64,000 nucleotides of DNA from a candidate division FCPU426 bacterium (GTDB lineage: Bacteria > Oederibacteriota > PGYV01 > Palsa-1178): NCBI GenBank assembly GCA_963840035.1, contig CAWIXE010000002.1, positions 128,001 to 192,000 on the forward strand. Direction: 5' to 3'. Position numbers and translations under genes: made by a program. The first letter of the stretch is position 1. The number at the start of each line of letters is the position of its first letter. The notes below the pieces were generated by a model. That model was not told the origin of the DNA. It worked only from the letters and a program-made list of their open reading frames with translations, and did no database searches. This document shows positions 45,001 through 55,734 of this stretch, one piece after another.

Positions 45001-46509
45001 ATGGAAAAGTCTGTCGTAATTATCGGAGCGGGAATCGCGGGATTGTCGGCGGGGTGTTATGCGAGGATGAATGGGTATAAAACGACGATTGTTGAGATGC
45101 ACAATAAACCCGGGGGGCTGTGCACGGCCTGGGAGCGCAAAGGCTATACTTTTGACGGCTGCATACACTGGCTTGTGGGCTCAAAACCCGGCGATGCCAT
45201 GCGCGAGGGATGGGAAGAACTCGGCGCGGTCCAGGGAAGGACAATCATAGACCATGATGTTTTCATGGCGGTTGAGGACATGGACGGTAAAAGGTTCACC
45301 ATATATGAAGACGCGGACAGGCTTGAAAAGGAAATGCTGCGTGTGGCCCCGGAGGACGCGAAGGCCATAAAGAGGTTCATTTCGGACATAAAAACATTCT
45401 CCAAAATGCCGTCAGCCCCTCCGGATGAAAAACCAGGCGCGAAAAAACCCGGCTTGTTGGCATCGCTTCCGGGCTTCATGGGATTTTTACCGGCAATCAT
45501 GGTTATTATTAAATACGGGTTCATCAATATCAGGCAGCTGGCAAAAAAATTCAAAAATCAGTCATTGAGTTTTGGCATATCCCAGGTTTTCGGGGGGATG
45601 GAGGAGTTTTCCGCGCTGGGGCTCCTGGGAACGCTTGCCTGGATGCATAATAAAAATGCGGGATATCCGATAGGCGGGTCGTTTGAATTTGCGAAATCCA
45701 TAGAGAAAAGGTTCCTTGATTTGGGCGGGGCAATCACATACGGCTGTGCCGTGGAAAAGGTGGTTGTAAATGACGGCAGGGCCTGCGGAGTACGGCTGAA
45801 AAACGGAACAGAGTTCATGGCGGACACCGTAATATCCGCGGCTGACGGTCATGCCGCCATATATGACATGCTTGAAGGGAAATACAGGGATAAAAAAATT
45901 GACAGGATTTACTCAACATATAAGCGGTTCCCGTCAATTGTGCAGGTGTCAGTGGGCGTTGCCATGGACTTATCAGGCGAGCCGCAGTCCCTGGATTTCC
46001 CCCTTGCCAGGCCCATATCAGCGGGCGCCGAAACTGACGGCCGCATGAGCCTGCGCATATACTCGTTTGATAAGACCATGGCCCCGGCGGGATGCACGGC
46101 TGTGACCACCTACTTAGGCGGGGATTATGAATACTGGACGGGATTAAAACAGGCTGATAAAAATAAATATGAAGAGGAAAAAAAGAGGATAGGCGCCGAG
46201 GTTGTTGATGCCATTAACATGAGGTTCCCGGGATTCAAGGGCCGTGTGGAAGTTGTGGATGTGGCTACGCCTGCCACTTATGTTAGGTATACGGGAAACT
46301 GGATGGGGTCATTTGAAGGCTGGCTTATGACTCCTAAAAACGCGGTGGAACAGATACCGCGCACCCTTCCCGGGCTCACAAACTTTTACATGATCGGCCA
46401 GTGGGTGATGCCCGGAGGCGGGCTGCCGAGCGGGCTGATGACAGGCAAGGAAATAATAAAAAGAATCTGCCGCGCTGATGGAAAGGCCTTTACGGCTTCA
46501 AAACCGTAA
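45001..46509 (+). CDS. Phytoene desaturase-like FAD-dependent oxidoreductase
   Basis: IIGAGIAGL Rossmann motif, GYTFDG, YPIGG, ATP.T..RYTGN..G, PGGGLP. Confidence 0.88.
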   Translation: MEKSVVIIGAGIAGLSAGCYARMNGYKTTIVEMHNKPGGLCTAWERKGYTFDGCIHWLVGSKPGDAMREGWEELGAVQGRTIIDHDVFMAVEDMDGKRFTIYEDADRLEKEMLRVAPEDAKAIKRFISDIKTFSKMPSAPPDEKPGAKKPGLLASLPGFMGFLPAIMVIIKYGFINIRQLAKKFKNQSLSFGISQVFGGMEEFSALGLLGTLAWMHNKNAGYPIGGSFEFAKSIEKRFLDLGGAITYGCAVEKVVVNDGRACGVRLKNGTEFMADTVISAADGHAAIYDMLEGKYRDKKIDRIYSTYKRFPSIVQVSVGVAMDLSGEPQSLDFPLARPISAGAETDGRMSLRIYSFDKTMAPAGCTAVTTYLGGDYEYWTGLKQADKNKYEEEKKRIGAEVVDAINMRFPGFKGRVEVVDVATPATYVRYTGNWMGSFEGWLMTPKNAVEQIPRTLPGLTNFYMIGQWVMPGGGLPSGLMTGKEIIKRICRADGKAFTASKP

Positions 46510-46657
46510 AACCGCGCCCGACCCCGGGTCATAAAAAAATGGCAATATAGCGGGACGCAGGATTTATATATTGACAAAAATAGCCAGTCAAATAATACTG
46601 TTTTAGCCCGGTCAGGGCGGGAACCGGAAAATCAGCATTACCACAGGGAGAGATTAA

Positions 46658-48988
46658 TTGGCGAGGGCAACAACAGTGAAAGATAAAGAGGCTCATACCG
46701 CAGTCCCCGGACGAATGAAGTTTTTTCTCTCGGCGCTTTTTTTTGTATCGGGCTTCACAGCCCTGGTATATGAAATATTATGGATAAGGGAATTCTCGTT
46801 CATGCTGGGAAACTCCACGTATACCATATCCGTGGTGCTGGCGGCATACATGGCGGGGCTTGCCGCCGGGAGTTATATTGCGGGAAAGTACGCTGATAAG
46901 GCAAAAAATCCGCTATTGGTATATGCCGCGCTTGAGGCGGGGATCGGGTTCTGCGGGCTCTGGATATACTGGCTGTTTCAGGCAGGCTTAAAGTCAATCG
47001 GCCCCATTGGCGCGGTAAATCAGACAGACATATTGCCGATGATCCAGCGTTTTGTCCTGGCATTCGCCATGCTCCTGCCGCCGACAGCCATGATGGGCGC
47101 GACGCTTCCTTTTCTGACGCGTTTTTTTCCGGCAAGCGGAAAAAAGGACGGCGGTTTTTTCGGACTCTTATACGGAATAAACACCATGGGCGCGGCAATC
47201 GGGTGCTTTACCGCGGGTTTCTTTTTTTTACGCGTCTACGGGATGCAAAAATCAACCTATATAGCCGTTTTATTAAACGCGGTTATCGCCTTAATTGCGG
47301 CGCTTTTTAGCGCTGTAGTCAAACCAGCCCGCAAAGATACAATCGGCATTCCGGCCGGCGGCGCAGCAATAAAAAATTCAGGTTACACAAAGAGCACCGG
47401 TGTTTTTATAATGTGGGCTTTTGCCATATCGGGTTTTTCGTGCATGGCTTACGAACTTATATATTTCAGGTGGCTGTCATACATACTCGGAAACAGGGTT
47501 TATGCTTCATCCGCCATGATCACAACTTTTTTGACAGGAATCGCTTTTGGCAGCCTTCTGGCAGGAAGGGCGGCTGATAAATGGGGCAACGAGGCCAGGC
47601 TTTTTGGGGCGTTACAGGCGGTAACCGGGCTGACCGCCGTTTTTACGGCCTTATTTTTTCCGGAGATACTCGGAGGAATGCAGGCGCTGGAGCAGGGTTT
47701 AAAACTATCCGACCCGTGGCAGTATGTCGCTGTGAGGTTCGGAGAAGCTTTTGTAATACTCTTTATACCGGCGGTTTCGTTCGGGGCCATATTTCCCGCG
47801 GTAATTAAATACTTAAACAGGGGCGAAGGGGAGCTCCCCGGCATAGTGGGACGCGCTTATGCCGTAAATACAATAGGATGCATACTGGGTTCGCTGGCCG
47901 CGGGATTTTTGATACTACCCGCACTCGGCGCTTACGTTTCAATGGCGGTTATCGCGGCCCTTTCCATACTTCTCGGGCACAGGCTCATAGCCCCGGACTT
48001 TGAGACATACGGCCTAAAACGCAGGGTTTTTACGGCGTTTGTTACAATTCTTTTTGCCGCTGCGGCGGTCATGGCGGTATTATCCGGCGGCAGATATCCA
48101 TGGCCGAGGCAGGGATTAAAAATAATATCGGCGAAGGAAGATTCCATGGCCCTAGTCACCGTGCTTGAAGGGCCTCTCGGGAAATACATATACGCTGACG
48201 ACACCATGCTGTCATTTCCCATCGGGCCGATGACCCGCGCTATAAAGGTGCAGAAGCTGCAGGCACATATCCCGCTGCTCTTACACCCGCGGCCTGAAAG
48301 GGTGCTTGTTGTCGGCATGGGGTTCGGGGTGACGGCGGGTTCTTTTGCGTCGGATAACGGGGTGAGGTCGGTGGAGTGCGTTGAAATATTCCCGGCGTTA
48401 ATAGATGCCATGCCGTTTTTCAGCGAGGAAAACAGGGATGTCGCAAATGACAAAAAGGTCCGGCTCATCGCGGGCGATGGCAGGTATTATATGAGGCACT
48501 CGCCGGTAAAATACGACATTATAGCGTCAAACCTCACGGGCTCCGACCTTCCGGGGAGCGCCGCCTGCTACACAAAGGAGTATTTTGAGGAAGCCAGGGG
48601 CAGGCTTAATCCGGGCGGCATATTTTTGGTGCATTCTTTCGGCCCTGAGAGCGCCGTGGTGCTGAAGACTTTGATGGCTGTGTTCCCGTATGTCACGGGG
48701 TACAGGGCTTATAAATATACGCAATACATGGTGGCATCGATGGAGCCTTTAAACGAAGACAAGAACAGGATAAACAGGAGGATAATGGCCGACAGCGGGT
48801 TCAGGCTGGACCTTAAAAAAGCCGGAATATGGAAATATGACGACCTGAAAGAAATGGTGATTTACGGGAACGACGCGGCGCGCAGGATGGCTGCCGCTGA
48901 GAAATCCCCGTTAAACACAGACGACCTGCCGCTTCTTGAATACAGGTTCAAAAAACGCGATCCAAATGTTTTTGTGAGCAAACTGTGA
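46658..48988 (+). CDS. Fused MFS-like membrane domain / spermidine synthase-like protein
   Basis: SGFTALVYEILW, YGINTMGA, many TM helices; C-terminal VLVVGMGFG.T, DGRYY, LNPGG. Confidence 0.9.
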   Translation: MARATTVKDKEAHTAVPGRMKFFLSALFFVSGFTALVYEILWIREFSFMLGNSTYTISVVLAAYMAGLAAGSYIAGKYADKAKNPLLVYAALEAGIGFCGLWIYWLFQAGLKSIGPIGAVNQTDILPMIQRFVLAFAMLLPPTAMMGATLPFLTRFFPASGKKDGGFFGLLYGINTMGAAIGCFTAGFFFLRVYGMQKSTYIAVLLNAVIALIAALFSAVVKPARKDTIGIPAGGAAIKNSGYTKSTGVFIMWAFAISGFSCMAYELIYFRWLSYILGNRVYASSAMITTFLTGIAFGSLLAGRAADKWGNEARLFGALQAVTGLTAVFTALFFPEILGGMQALEQGLKLSDPWQYVAVRFGEAFVILFIPAVSFGAIFPAVIKYLNRGEGELPGIVGRAYAVNTIGCILGSLAAGFLILPALGAYVSMAVIAALSILLGHRLIAPDFETYGLKRRVFTAFVTILFAAAAVMAVLSGGRYPWPRQGLKIISAKEDSMALVTVLEGPLGKYIYADDTMLSFPIGPMTRAIKVQKLQAHIPLLLHPRPERVLVVGMGFGVTAGSFASDNGVRSVECVEIFPALIDAMPFFSEENRDVANDKKVRLIAGDGRYYMRHSPVKYDIIASNLTGSDLPGSAACYTKEYFEEARGRLNPGGIFLVHSFGPESAVVLKTLMAVFPYVTGYRAYKYTQYMVASMEPLNEDKNRINRRIMADSGFRLDLKKAGIWKYDDLKEMVIYGNDAARRMAAAEKSPLNTDDLPLLEYRFKKRDPNVFVSKL

Positions 48989-48989
48989 T

Positions 48990-50048
48990 GTGGAGCGAAT
49001 GAACAAGAATATCAGAACAGCCGCGGCTATAATTTGTTTCGCCGTAATGGCGGCGTTAATGGGCGGATGCGGGTTAAAGATGCTGCGCGAAAATAATATT
49101 GTGGAATATACTTTTGTCGGCGACGTGCTCCTGTACCACTGGCCCGCGGGCAGGGTTTATAACGCCATCCAGAGGGAAAAGGGCTGGGACGCAGTGGTGG
49201 AATATCCTTTCGCAAAGGTCAGGGAATATTTCAGGGGCCTTGTTTTCTGCAACCATGACGGGCCGATTTCGGACCGCGGGGCCAGGAAGTTCAAGGACAA
49301 GGATGAAAAATCGTATTTTCAGGTATCAAAAAAATACGCGGTGATATTAAAGAAAGCCGGTTTCACAGGGGCTTTTCTGGCGAATAACCACATAAAGGAT
49401 TGCGGAGATAAGGGCGTGACAGAGACGCTCGCGAACTTAAAGGAAGCCGGGGTTTTGCCGATAGGCGCAGGTGAAGATGACAGCCAGGCGCGGCAGCCGG
49501 TGATAATTGAAGAAAATGGAATTAAAACCGCATTCCTCGCGTACAATCTGGTGCCGCCGTTTAGCGTCAGGGCCGGTAAAAACACCCCGGGCGCGGCATA
49601 CGCGGATAAAAAAGGAATCATAGAGGATATTCAAAAGGCGAAAAAATCTGCCGATATCGTCGCGGTAAACTTCCACTGGGGCAGGGAAATGCGCCAGGAC
49701 TGGGTAATGAAAAAACAGGATAAAGCCAAGGTGGAATTAGCGCGGGCGGCCATAGACGCGGGGGCGCTTATGGTAGTCGGCGAGCATTCCCACGCGGTCG
49801 AGAAAATAGAACTTTATAAGAACGGCATCATCGCGTACAGCCTGGGAAATTTTGTGTTCGGAGCATCGACGCGCGGCGGCCACAAACAGAGCATGATACT
49901 TCGCGTAAAAGCCGCGCCCGGCGGAATGGTTTCATATGATGTCATACCGGTGATGATATACCCGAAAAAGGCGAAGTACCAGCCGGTACCGCTTGAAGGC
50001 GCGGAAAAAGAGGCTTTTATGAAAAAACTGGAAAATCTTTCTGAATGA
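48990..50048 (+). CDS. CapA (PGA_cap) family metallophosphoesterase-like lipoprotein
   Basis: GDV, LANNH.KD.G, HWG.E, HSH, AYSLGNFVF. Confidence 0.88.
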   Translation: MERMNKNIRTAAAIICFAVMAALMGGCGLKMLRENNIVEYTFVGDVLLYHWPAGRVYNAIQREKGWDAVVEYPFAKVREYFRGLVFCNHDGPISDRGARKFKDKDEKSYFQVSKKYAVILKKAGFTGAFLANNHIKDCGDKGVTETLANLKEAGVLPIGAGEDDSQARQPVIIEENGIKTAFLAYNLVPPFSVRAGKNTPGAAYADKKGIIEDIQKAKKSADIVAVNFHWGREMRQDWVMKKQDKAKVELARAAIDAGALMVVGEHSHAVEKIELYKNGIIAYSLGNFVFGASTRGGHKQSMILRVKAAPGGMVSYDVIPVMIYPKKAKYQPVPLEGAEKEAFMKKLENLSE

Positions 50049-50191
50049 ACCCAAGGCAGGCCGTGCTCCGCGGTCCTGGATTTTTGCGCGGTAAACAGAA
50101 AGACAATGATTGAAAAATTTGGGTTGAATAATTGCGCCTTTAGATGTATAAATATTGTGATGTGTGAAAATGATATCTAAAGGAGGGAAAT

Positions 50192-50785
50192 ATGAAAAAA
50201 GCACTAGTCCTACTGGCAGTTGTGTTAGTTGTTGTGTTTGCCGCGCCGGTTTTCGCGGATGAGGCCACGGACCAGGCACAGGACCAGCTTATGGCGGAGC
50301 AGAACGCTTTTGACGGCATGACGCCCGACGAACAGGCGGAAATACGCACGCAGGCGGTAGGCTTTTTTAAGTCCAAATGGGGGTCATTAACGCCCGAACA
50401 GCAGCAGAAAATAAGGGAAAAAGCCTCTGAAAAATGGGCGGCCCTTCCGGAAGAAAAGCAGGAAGCCATAAAGGATAAATGGAACGAGAAATGGATGTCG
50501 CTTACGCCCGAGCAGAGGGAAGCGGCAAGGCTTAAGGCAATTGATAAGTGGAATACGCTGCCTGAAGAGGTAAAAAAAGCAAAGATTGACAAGGCAAAAG
50601 CCCGCTGGAATAGCTTAAGCAAGGAACAGAAAAAAGCGGCAAAGATAAGGGTGCAGGAAAGATGGCAGGGCGCGTCGACTGAAGAGAAAAAAGCCATAAA
50701 AGAGCGCATGAAAGAAAGGGCAAAGAACATGAAAGCCGAAAAAAAGGAAGCGCTTAAGGAAAAGATCAAAAACAGGAAAAAATAA
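50192..50785 (+). CDS. Secreted helical repeat protein with 19-aa W..L..E.K repeats (DUF3106-like)
   Basis: Signal peptide; six Trp-anchored repeats spaced exactly 19 aa apart. Confidence 0.8.
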   Translation: MKKALVLLAVVLVVVFAAPVFADEATDQAQDQLMAEQNAFDGMTPDEQAEIRTQAVGFFKSKWGSLTPEQQQKIREKASEKWAALPEEKQEAIKDKWNEKWMSLTPEQREAARLKAIDKWNTLPEEVKKAKIDKAKARWNSLSKEQKKAAKIRVQERWQGASTEEKKAIKERMKERAKNMKAEKKEALKEKIKNRKK

Positions 50786-50803
50786 GCGGATAAAAGATAT
50801 TTA

Positions 50804-50832
50804 AGGCCCCGGGTTCAAGCCGGGGCCTTTTT
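50804..50832. terminator. Likely bidirectional terminator between convergent genes
   Basis: aaggccccgg-gttcaag-ccggggccttttt. Confidence 0.8.
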
Positions 50833-50857
50833 GTTTTGTGTTATGGCAGGCGACAGC

Positions 50858-52480
50858 CTACATTCCGGGTTTTCTTTTATAAATATTTATGAAATAACCA
50901 TGCGAAGGCTTGTAATTTTCAGCCTCTTTATCCCATACGTATTTCGTGTATTCGGGCGAGAAAATCTCGGCAACGCCTTTTATATCGTAATATTTTTTTA
51001 CGTAATCCTTATACCAATAAAAAATATATTTCTCCGACGCGCCTGTCAAAAGCCAGGAAATCCTGATGTTCACAAAAACCAGGTATTCAGGCTTGGCGGC
51101 TGCAATCTCGGCGCAGGCTTCCTTCTGCATCTTGAGCGAATCTATCAGGATGTTCATGTAAGCGTAACCGGTCGCGGACCGCCTTTTTGAATAAAAGAAA
51201 ATCTGCGGTTCGGAACCAAGCACCGCTATGCGGCTGTCCGGACCGGAGTGGGCTTTTATATAAGCCGCAATTGGAACGGATTCGATAAATGGGTTTTCGC
51301 CAAACACCTGCCTGGTGACGGCCTGCGGCGGGGTTTTAAAAAGGTACGCGTTTTCTGACACAAGAAAATAGGAAAATGCGGCCAAAATTATTAAGGGCGC
51401 AGCGTACGCGGGCCATTTAAGGGAAGGAAATAAAACCGGGTTTTTTACAAACGCGGAAATTGCGAGTGAAAGCGACGGCAACAAAAACAGGTAGTAGTGA
51501 GGCCTGAAGTAAAAACCGGCGGAAACAACGGCAAACGAAAAAACCGCCAGCAATATCAAAAAATATGGCGTGTTAAAGGGGCTCTGCGCCCTGCTGCCCG
51601 TGAGCAGCCCGGCGGTTGAAACGGCAACAAACGGCCATATGGTTGAAAATGAAGCGGGGAATGTGTTTAAGAATTCATTTACACCGGCGCGGAAACCGAC
51701 TGCGCCGGCGTAATTCAAGGTGGTAAGGACTGCTGAACTGTAAAACCTGGAAAAGGAGCCGTCGGCCAGGTATAACAGGCATATGGCCAGCAAAGGAAGC
51801 ACGGCGCCGGCGGAAAATAACAAAAGCCGCAAAATCATATTGCGGCTGTTTTTTTCCTTAAAAAAACGCGCGGCGGCGTGAACTGCGATAAAAACAGCGA
51901 ATAAAACGGCAGGCTGTTTTATTATAAGGCAGATACCGGCGGATAAGCCCGAAAAGAACAAAGTGGGGCTGGAATATTTTTTGAGATTTTTGAAGTATAG
52001 AAAAAGTGACAGAAGCAGGAAAAGGACGGCGAAATGCTCGGTATTCGCGGAGAAGCCCTCGAGCTTTGCCGAAAGGGACGCGCAGGCAAAGAATAACGCG
52101 GAACACAAAGCCGCGGGTGAACCGTATAATGGGCGGCATATATTAAACACCAGCAAAATTGACGCAAGATTGCAGGCTAAAAGCCCCAAGTGTATACCCG
52201 ACGGGGTTTGCCCGAAGAGCGACATTATTGCCGCGTATATATAATAAACCCCCGGCATTTTAATGTCGTAGAACACGCTGTATGGAGGTATACCGTTCAT
52301 TATGAGCTGCCCGGCGTAGGCCCACGCGCCCTCGTCCCGGTCAAGCGGGGTGCTCATGAGGCGCAGCCTGACATAGGCTGAAAGCAGCATTATCAGCAAC
52401 AGCGCGGCGTAAACCATCGTATTGCCAATCCCCGTCCGGGCACGCTCTGATAAATGCGGAAAAAACATTTTCTTACCCAA
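50858..52480 (-). CDS. GT-C fold glycosyltransferase (ArnT/PMT-like); start codon uncertain
   Basis: DRDEG..AY, PY...YD.K.PG, many TM helices, KQP, HYY. Confidence 0.85.
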   Translation of the reverse strand: MGKKMFFPHLSERARTGIGNTMVYAALLLIMLLSAYVRLRLMSTPLDRDEGAWAYAGQLIMNGIPPYSVFYDIKMPGVYYIYAAIMSLFGQTPSGIHLGLLACNLASILLVFNICRPLYGSPAALCSALFFACASLSAKLEGFSANTEHFAVLFLLLSLFLYFKNLKKYSSPTLFFSGLSAGICLIIKQPAVLFAVFIAVHAAARFFKEKNSRNMILRLLLFSAGAVLPLLAICLLYLADGSFSRFYSSAVLTTLNYAGAVGFRAGVNEFLNTFPASFSTIWPFVAVSTAGLLTGSRAQSPFNTPYFLILLAVFSFAVVSAGFYFRPHYYLFLLPSLSLAISAFVKNPVLFPSLKWPAYAAPLIILAAFSYFLVSENAYLFKTPPQAVTRQVFGENPFIESVPIAAYIKAHSGPDSRIAVLGSEPQIFFYSKRRSATGYAYMNILIDSLKMQKEACAEIAAAKPEYLVFVNIRISWLLTGASEKYIFYWYKDYVKKYYDIKGVAEIFSPEYTKYVWDKEAENYKPSHGYFINIYKRKPGM

Positions 52481-52634
52481 TTTGGCCTCTGTTGAGCAGT
52501 TTTAAAATATATTAAAGTATATCATAAATGAAACGAATGTTACACGGCGTTTGCCTGCGGAAAGTATGATATAATAAGTAATCATAAGTGCGGTTTAATT
52601 CGTCTAAAATACAGGTTAAAAATCAGGAGATGCC

Positions 52635-53366
52635 ATGATTATGAAAAAATATGCGCTTGTTGTAGTTGTCTTAATGGCCTTTTCAGCCGCTTCTTACGCG
52701 GGTCCGCAGAAACTGCGCATACCGGCGCAGCAGAGCCAGTCCATGATAACATACGACTCTATTGCCATCATATGGGAATACATGGATGATGATGTGAAAA
52801 AGAAGACCCTCGGGGAATTAAAGGACAAATGGTCCAAAATGAATACTGACGACAAGGGCAGGTTTGTCGATGATATTAAGAACTGGTGGGGCGGGTTAAA
52901 ACCTTCTGAAAAAGAAAAGGCCATAAAAAAGACGAAGGAAAAATGGGACGCCCTGACCGAAAGCCAGAAGACTGTGCTTGTCAGGAACGTTAAAGACTGG
53001 TGGATGGGGCTAACCGACGACGAAAGAAAGGTCATGATAGTAAGGCTTCAGCAAAAATGGCTGACCTTCAGCGAAAGCGACAGGGAAGCGATACTCAACG
53101 GGCTTGAGATGTGGTGGGCTCAGCTTAATTACACCCAGAAGGAAAAGGCGATAGAACGCGCGAAATACTGGTGGCTCGGGTTGTCCTTTGATATTCAGGA
53201 AGGGCTTATCATGAGCGCGGACCAGAACTATAAAGCCATACCGGACTCGCAGAAGGAAAAGATAAGGACGAGGGCTACGGAATGGTGGAATAACCTAACG
53301 GTCGAGGAAAAGGAACTGATGATAACGAAGATAAAGGCGAGGCTGGATAAGATAGGAAAAAAATAA
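52635..53366 (+). CDS. Secreted helical repeat protein with ten 19-aa Trp repeats
   Basis: Signal peptide; (W)W..L...(E/Q)K units with 19-aa period. Confidence 0.8.
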   Translation: MIMKKYALVVVVLMAFSAASYAGPQKLRIPAQQSQSMITYDSIAIIWEYMDDDVKKKTLGELKDKWSKMNTDDKGRFVDDIKNWWGGLKPSEKEKAIKKTKEKWDALTESQKTVLVRNVKDWWMGLTDDERKVMIVRLQQKWLTFSESDREAILNGLEMWWAQLNYTQKEKAIERAKYWWLGLSFDIQEGLIMSADQNYKAIPDSQKEKIRTRATEWWNNLTVEEKELMITKIKARLDKIGKK

Positions 53367-53483
53367 TTAACAATTTACAATTAATGTGTGCTGTTGCACG
53401 GTGTATTTTAGTAATGCAAATCCAAAAAATCTTATATTCAAGCCTCAAACCCGACCGGGAGTCGTAATACCAGCCGTATTTTT

Positions 53484-53512
53484 TTGACAATTCTTTTAAC
53501 ATGTTCTACAAT
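53484..53512 (+). promoter_or_regulatory. Sigma70 promoter
   Basis: TTGACA-17 bp-TACAAT. Confidence 0.7.
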
Positions 53513-53561
53513 ACATTATCGCGGCAAAAAACCCGACTATGGGTGCTAAAAAGGAGACTAA

Positions 53562-55097
53562 ATGAACCTACTTCAGGTTGTCAGGCAGTCAGCGGATTTA
53601 TCTCCAAATAAGGTTTTTTTGGTGCAGGAAAGAAGAAAAAGGACTTTTAAGCAGTTTTATGAAAGGGTCCAGTCGGCAGGGTCGGGTTTTTCCTCACTGG
53701 GTTTAAAGCAGGGCGATAAGGCAGCCATCCTCCTTAATAATTCAATCGAATTCATGGAAGCGTATTTTGCCGTGATATCCATAGGCGCGGTTATAGTGCC
53801 TTTAAACACTTTTTTAAAGGCTGAAGAGGTAGCGTATATCCTTAATGACTGCAGGGTAAAGGTGCTTATAACCTCATCCGAGTTTAAATCCGTAGTTGAC
53901 GGGTTAAAACCCGGACAGGTGCCGGCGCTGGATATTATAGTATCGGTCGATGAGATACCCGGTAAAACCACGGTGCAGTTTTCAACGCTGTTTTTAAACG
54001 GGGAAGCGCAGGATATACGCATGAGCCAGGATGATATCGCCGTCATTATCTATACGTCCGGAACCACGGGACACCCCAAGGGCGCCATGCTTTCGCATAA
54101 AAATATAGTGTCTGACGTGGAAAACTCCATCCATATAATAGGAATGAGCGAGAAGGATATTTTGATGGCGTTTTTGCCCATGTTCCATTCGTACAGCTTT
54201 ACCGCGAACTGCATGATATCGCTTTACTGCAGGTGCAAACTGGTGGTTATACCGTCCATACAGCCCTTTACAAGGGTTGTAAAAAACCTGATACTGCACA
54301 GGGTCTCTGTTTTCATCGCGATTCCCCAGATATACTCGATACTGGCCACAAAAAAAATGCCCTTCTGGTTCCATTTATTAAACCCCATGAGGCTGTGCAT
54401 ATCCGGAGGAGCTTCGTTACCCGTGGATTCTTTCCATAAGTTTGAAAAGTCGTTTAATAAGCCGCTGGTGGAAGGGTACGGACTCTCGGAAGCCTCGCCG
54501 ATTTGCGCGCTTAACCCGCTGTATTCAAAAAGAAAAGCCGCTTCCATAGGGCCGTCCATTAATAATGTCGAGATCAAGATAGTGGATGATAACGGCAAAG
54601 AAGTGGCGATGGGCGAGAGCGGGGAAATGATAGTAAAAGGCGATAATGTGATGAAAGGTTATTACAATAACCCCGAGGCCACGTCACAGGCAATAAAGGA
54701 CGGATGGCTTTACACCGGGGATATAGGGAAAAAAGATGAGGAAGGGTACATCTTCATTCTGGACAGGAAAAAAGACCTGATAATAGTAAACGGCATGAAT
54801 GTTTACCCCAGAGAAGTAGAGGAAATATTATACGCGCATCCGGCAATAGCTGACGCCGCCGTTGTGGGGCAGAAAGAAGCCATGCATGGCGAGATACCCG
54901 TGGCAGTTGTAGTGCTTAAGGAAGGCGCGACAGTTGATGAAAAAGAACTGCGTAAATACTGCAGGCTGCACATAGCCAACTTCAAAGTCCCGCACAGGGT
55001 GGAGTTCTGGAAGGAACTGCCGAGGAATTCCACGGGCAAGGTCGTAAAGCGGGAAATAAAAAAGATGGTGGACCAGGAGCAGAAGTTCAATAAATAA
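53562..55097 (+). CDS. Long-chain fatty acid-CoA ligase (FadD-like)
   Basis: YTSGTTGHPKG, EGYGLSE, WLYTGD, DRKKDLII, TGK. Confidence 0.92.
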   Translation: MNLLQVVRQSADLSPNKVFLVQERRKRTFKQFYERVQSAGSGFSSLGLKQGDKAAILLNNSIEFMEAYFAVISIGAVIVPLNTFLKAEEVAYILNDCRVKVLITSSEFKSVVDGLKPGQVPALDIIVSVDEIPGKTTVQFSTLFLNGEAQDIRMSQDDIAVIIYTSGTTGHPKGAMLSHKNIVSDVENSIHIIGMSEKDILMAFLPMFHSYSFTANCMISLYCRCKLVVIPSIQPFTRVVKNLILHRVSVFIAIPQIYSILATKKMPFWFHLLNPMRLCISGGASLPVDSFHKFEKSFNKPLVEGYGLSEASPICALNPLYSKRKAASIGPSINNVEIKIVDDNGKEVAMGESGEMIVKGDNVMKGYYNNPEATSQAIKDGWLYTGDIGKKDEEGYIFILDRKKDLIIVNGMNVYPREVEEILYAHPAIADAAVVGQKEAMHGEIPVAVVVLKEGATVDEKELRKYCRLHIANFKVPHRVEFWKELPRNSTGKVVKREIKKMVDQEQKFNK

Positions 55098-55269
55098 GGG
55101 CCCCGGAAATCCCTCTCTCATCTCCCTTTCTAAAAAAAGGGAGACGATTACTTGAGGCGGTTTGGCCGGGAGGCGGATGGGCGGTCTACTTTTTGTTATT
55201 GTAGAGCCGCTGCTTGCTGCGGCTCAGTCGCTGGATTTGTGGTTAAAATCAGAGGTATAAAGGGGAAGA

Positions 55270-55734
55270 ATGGAAGATACTGTGTCGCTTCAAAAAAGAA
55301 TTCAGGATACGCCTGTTCCTCGTAGGGTGAAAATCAGGTGGAGCGCTTTAAATGAAAGATTTTTTGCTTCTGGTATTATAGTTGTAATTTTTTTTGTATT
55401 GATTGTTTTTTCGGATATGTTCAGTAATGTTTTATTTACCCTGCCTCTTTTAATTGCTATTTTGATGCCCAATTTTTATATTGCTTATAAACAAAGGAAT
55501 TTGCTTGAATGTGGAATGCCTGTGATTGGAATGATAACCAATGAGAAGAATATCGATAGAACATATTTCTTCGCTTCATTATCGTATTATTGGAAAGACC
55601 AAAGATTCTCAAAGCAAATTTACACATCGCTTTCAGAGACGGGTGAAATTGTTGTTATGCTGGATACTTCTAAACCCAAGAAGGCATTTGCATATAGCAA
55701 GAATTTTATGTGGACCCTTGAGGACAATAAATAA
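55270..55734 (+). CDS. Membrane protein, paralogue 1
   Basis: P.PRRV..RW N-terminus, two TM helices, G.PV.G motif, F.W.L end. Confidence 0.75.
   Translation: MEDTVSLQKRIQDTPVPRRVKIRWSALNERFFASGIIVVIFFVLIVFSDMFSNVLFTLPLLIAILMPNFYIAYKQRNLLECGMPVIGMITNEKNIDRTYFFASLSYYWKDQRFSKQIYTSLSETGEIVVMLDTSKPKKAFAYSKNFMWTLEDNK

Noticed and set aside
46605..46640. SRP RNA-like motif (ggtcagggcgggaaccgg)
   Set aside because: The conserved GGAA-tetraloop/AGCAG geometry and the long enclosing helix are absent.
53395..53560. Riboswitch upstream of the acyl-CoA ligase
   Set aside because: No recognisable aptamer consensus; the predicted 5' UTR after the promoter is only about 45 nt.
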